DNA from: a bacterium
GTDB taxonomy: Bacteria; SAR324; NAC60-12
Reading direction: 5' to 3'
NCBI GenBank assembly: GCA_965205865.1
Contig: CBDBHR010000027.1
Span: 32,001-96,000, forward strand
Length of the DNA stretch: 64,000 bases
Below the pieces are notes generated by a model, which saw only the letters and a list, made by a program, of their open reading frames with translations, searched no databases and had not been told where the DNA came from. Positions 63,008 through 64,000 of this stretch are shown one piece after another. Both the position numbers and the translations under genes were made by a program. The stretch's first letter is position 1. Each line of letters opens with the position of its first letter.

Positions 63008-63832
63008 ATGGATATAGTGCGAAAGCAGTCGATGGTCATTCTGATATTTTTCAGTTTCGTGATCCCCTCCGCTTTTGCGGTGGATCTGAGCGCAAAAGAA
63101 GTGATGGAGAAAGTGGAAGAACGCGACACGGGTGCAACTGTCATGCGGGAAAGCACCATGATTCTCATCGACCGGAAAGGCAGGCAGCGTGTGCGTCAGA
63201 CCAAAATGTATTCCAAAGAAACGGATGAGGGCACGAAAGCGATCACTTTTTTTCTCACTCCTGCCGATGTCAGAAACACGGCCTTTCTTTCCCATGACTG
63301 GGATGATGAAAGCAAAGAGGACGATTCCTGGCTCTATCTGCCGGCATTGCGTAAAGTGAAACGAATCGCCTCCGCAGACAAATCCGGAGCCTTCATGGGC
63401 AGTGATTTTACCTACTCGGATATCGAAGGAGTGGAACTGGAAAATTATGATTTCACCTTTGTCGACGGCAAAGAAAACGAAACGGTGGACGGTTATCCGG
63501 TCTGGGTCATCGAAAGTCGGCCGCAGAATGCCATTGCCGAACAAGTGATCAAGCAAACAGGATACCTGAAAAGCCAGGCGTGGATTCGCAAAGACAATTT
63601 CATGCTCGTTCGAGGAAAATTCTGGGTGAAAAAAGGAAAGAAAATAAAATATTTGACCATCTTCGAGATCGAAAAAATCCAGGATATCTGGACTGCGAAA
63701 AGAATACAGATGGTGACCACCAAAAGAGGGAAAAAAGAACACAGCACCGTTTTGCAAACCAATTCGGTTCAGTACAATGAGTCCCTGGACGACGACATGT
63801 TCACCACGCACCGTATGGAACGGGGGCTGTGA
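63008..63832 (+). CDS. Outer-membrane lipoprotein-sorting (LolA-like) protein
   Basis: F..PADVRNTAFL, DDSWLYLPALRKVKRIAS..KSGAFMGSDFTYSD. Confidence 0.9.
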   Translation: MDIVRKQSMVILIFFSFVIPSAFAVDLSAKEVMEKVEERDTGATVMRESTMILIDRKGRQRVRQTKMYSKETDEGTKAITFFLTPADVRNTAFLSHDWDDESKEDDSWLYLPALRKVKRIASADKSGAFMGSDFTYSDIEGVELENYDFTFVDGKENETVDGYPVWVIESRPQNAIAEQVIKQTGYLKSQAWIRKDNFMLVRGKFWVKKGKKIKYLTIFEIEKIQDIWTAKRIQMVTTKRGKKEHSTVLQTNSVQYNESLDDDMFTTHRMERGL

Positions 63833-64000
63833 ATGAATCGCATCTTTTTGAGACTGGTGGCGCTTTTGGTAGTTGTCAACTGCTCTTCCGCCAACTTTTC
63901 TTACCTGCCCGTAATCCGCGCGCAGGAGATCTCCTCCGAAACAGGGGAAGAATTCGATGAGGATGAGGAAGAGTGGCTCGATGAGGAAGGATTCGAAGAT
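63833..64000 (+). CDS. Exported protein, 5' fragment
   Basis: ATG immediately after the upstream stop; hydrophobic leader then an acidic stretch; open to the window end. Confidence 0.6.
   Translation, partial: MNRIFLRLVALLVVVNCSSANFSYLPVIRAQEISSETGEEFDEDEEEWLDEEGFED

Overview
This is a 64-kb bacterial chromosomal window. The gene styles suggest a SAR324-like or deltaproteobacterial host, but that is inference only. The housekeeping backbone carries a LolC/E-type permease, alaS, serC, riboflavin synthase, aminopeptidase P, dapF, pgi, an HD hydrolase, YyaL, a fused biotin carboxylase-BCCP, ilvBN, lptD, aroQ, tesA-ybbAP-like genes, an MFS transporter, an acyl-CoA ligase and a polyamine ABC operon. 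Two accessory regions interrupt it. The first (~9.35-20.9 kb) is a defence/mobile island with a type ISP-like R-M gene, IS5, IS256 and IS1380 remnants, an ORF-less group II intron sitting in the terminal repeat of an 88-bp miniature element, a truncated VapBC and DarTG. The second (~32.5-41.1 kb) holds decaying peptide ABC genes bracketed by an ~0.8-kb inverted duplication, plus three Rpn nuclease cassettes, two of which keep only the C-terminal module. Signals the ORF track misses: a selenocysteine peroxiredoxin with a SECIS-like hairpin; a G/C-run palindromic repeat inserted in-frame in core genes and associated with tandem amplifications (about 140 aa inside Pgi); a second 21-nt dispersed motif; and a DapF with both catalytic Cys positions occupied by Ser. 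Several single-base frameshifts in short base runs may be sequencing errors.
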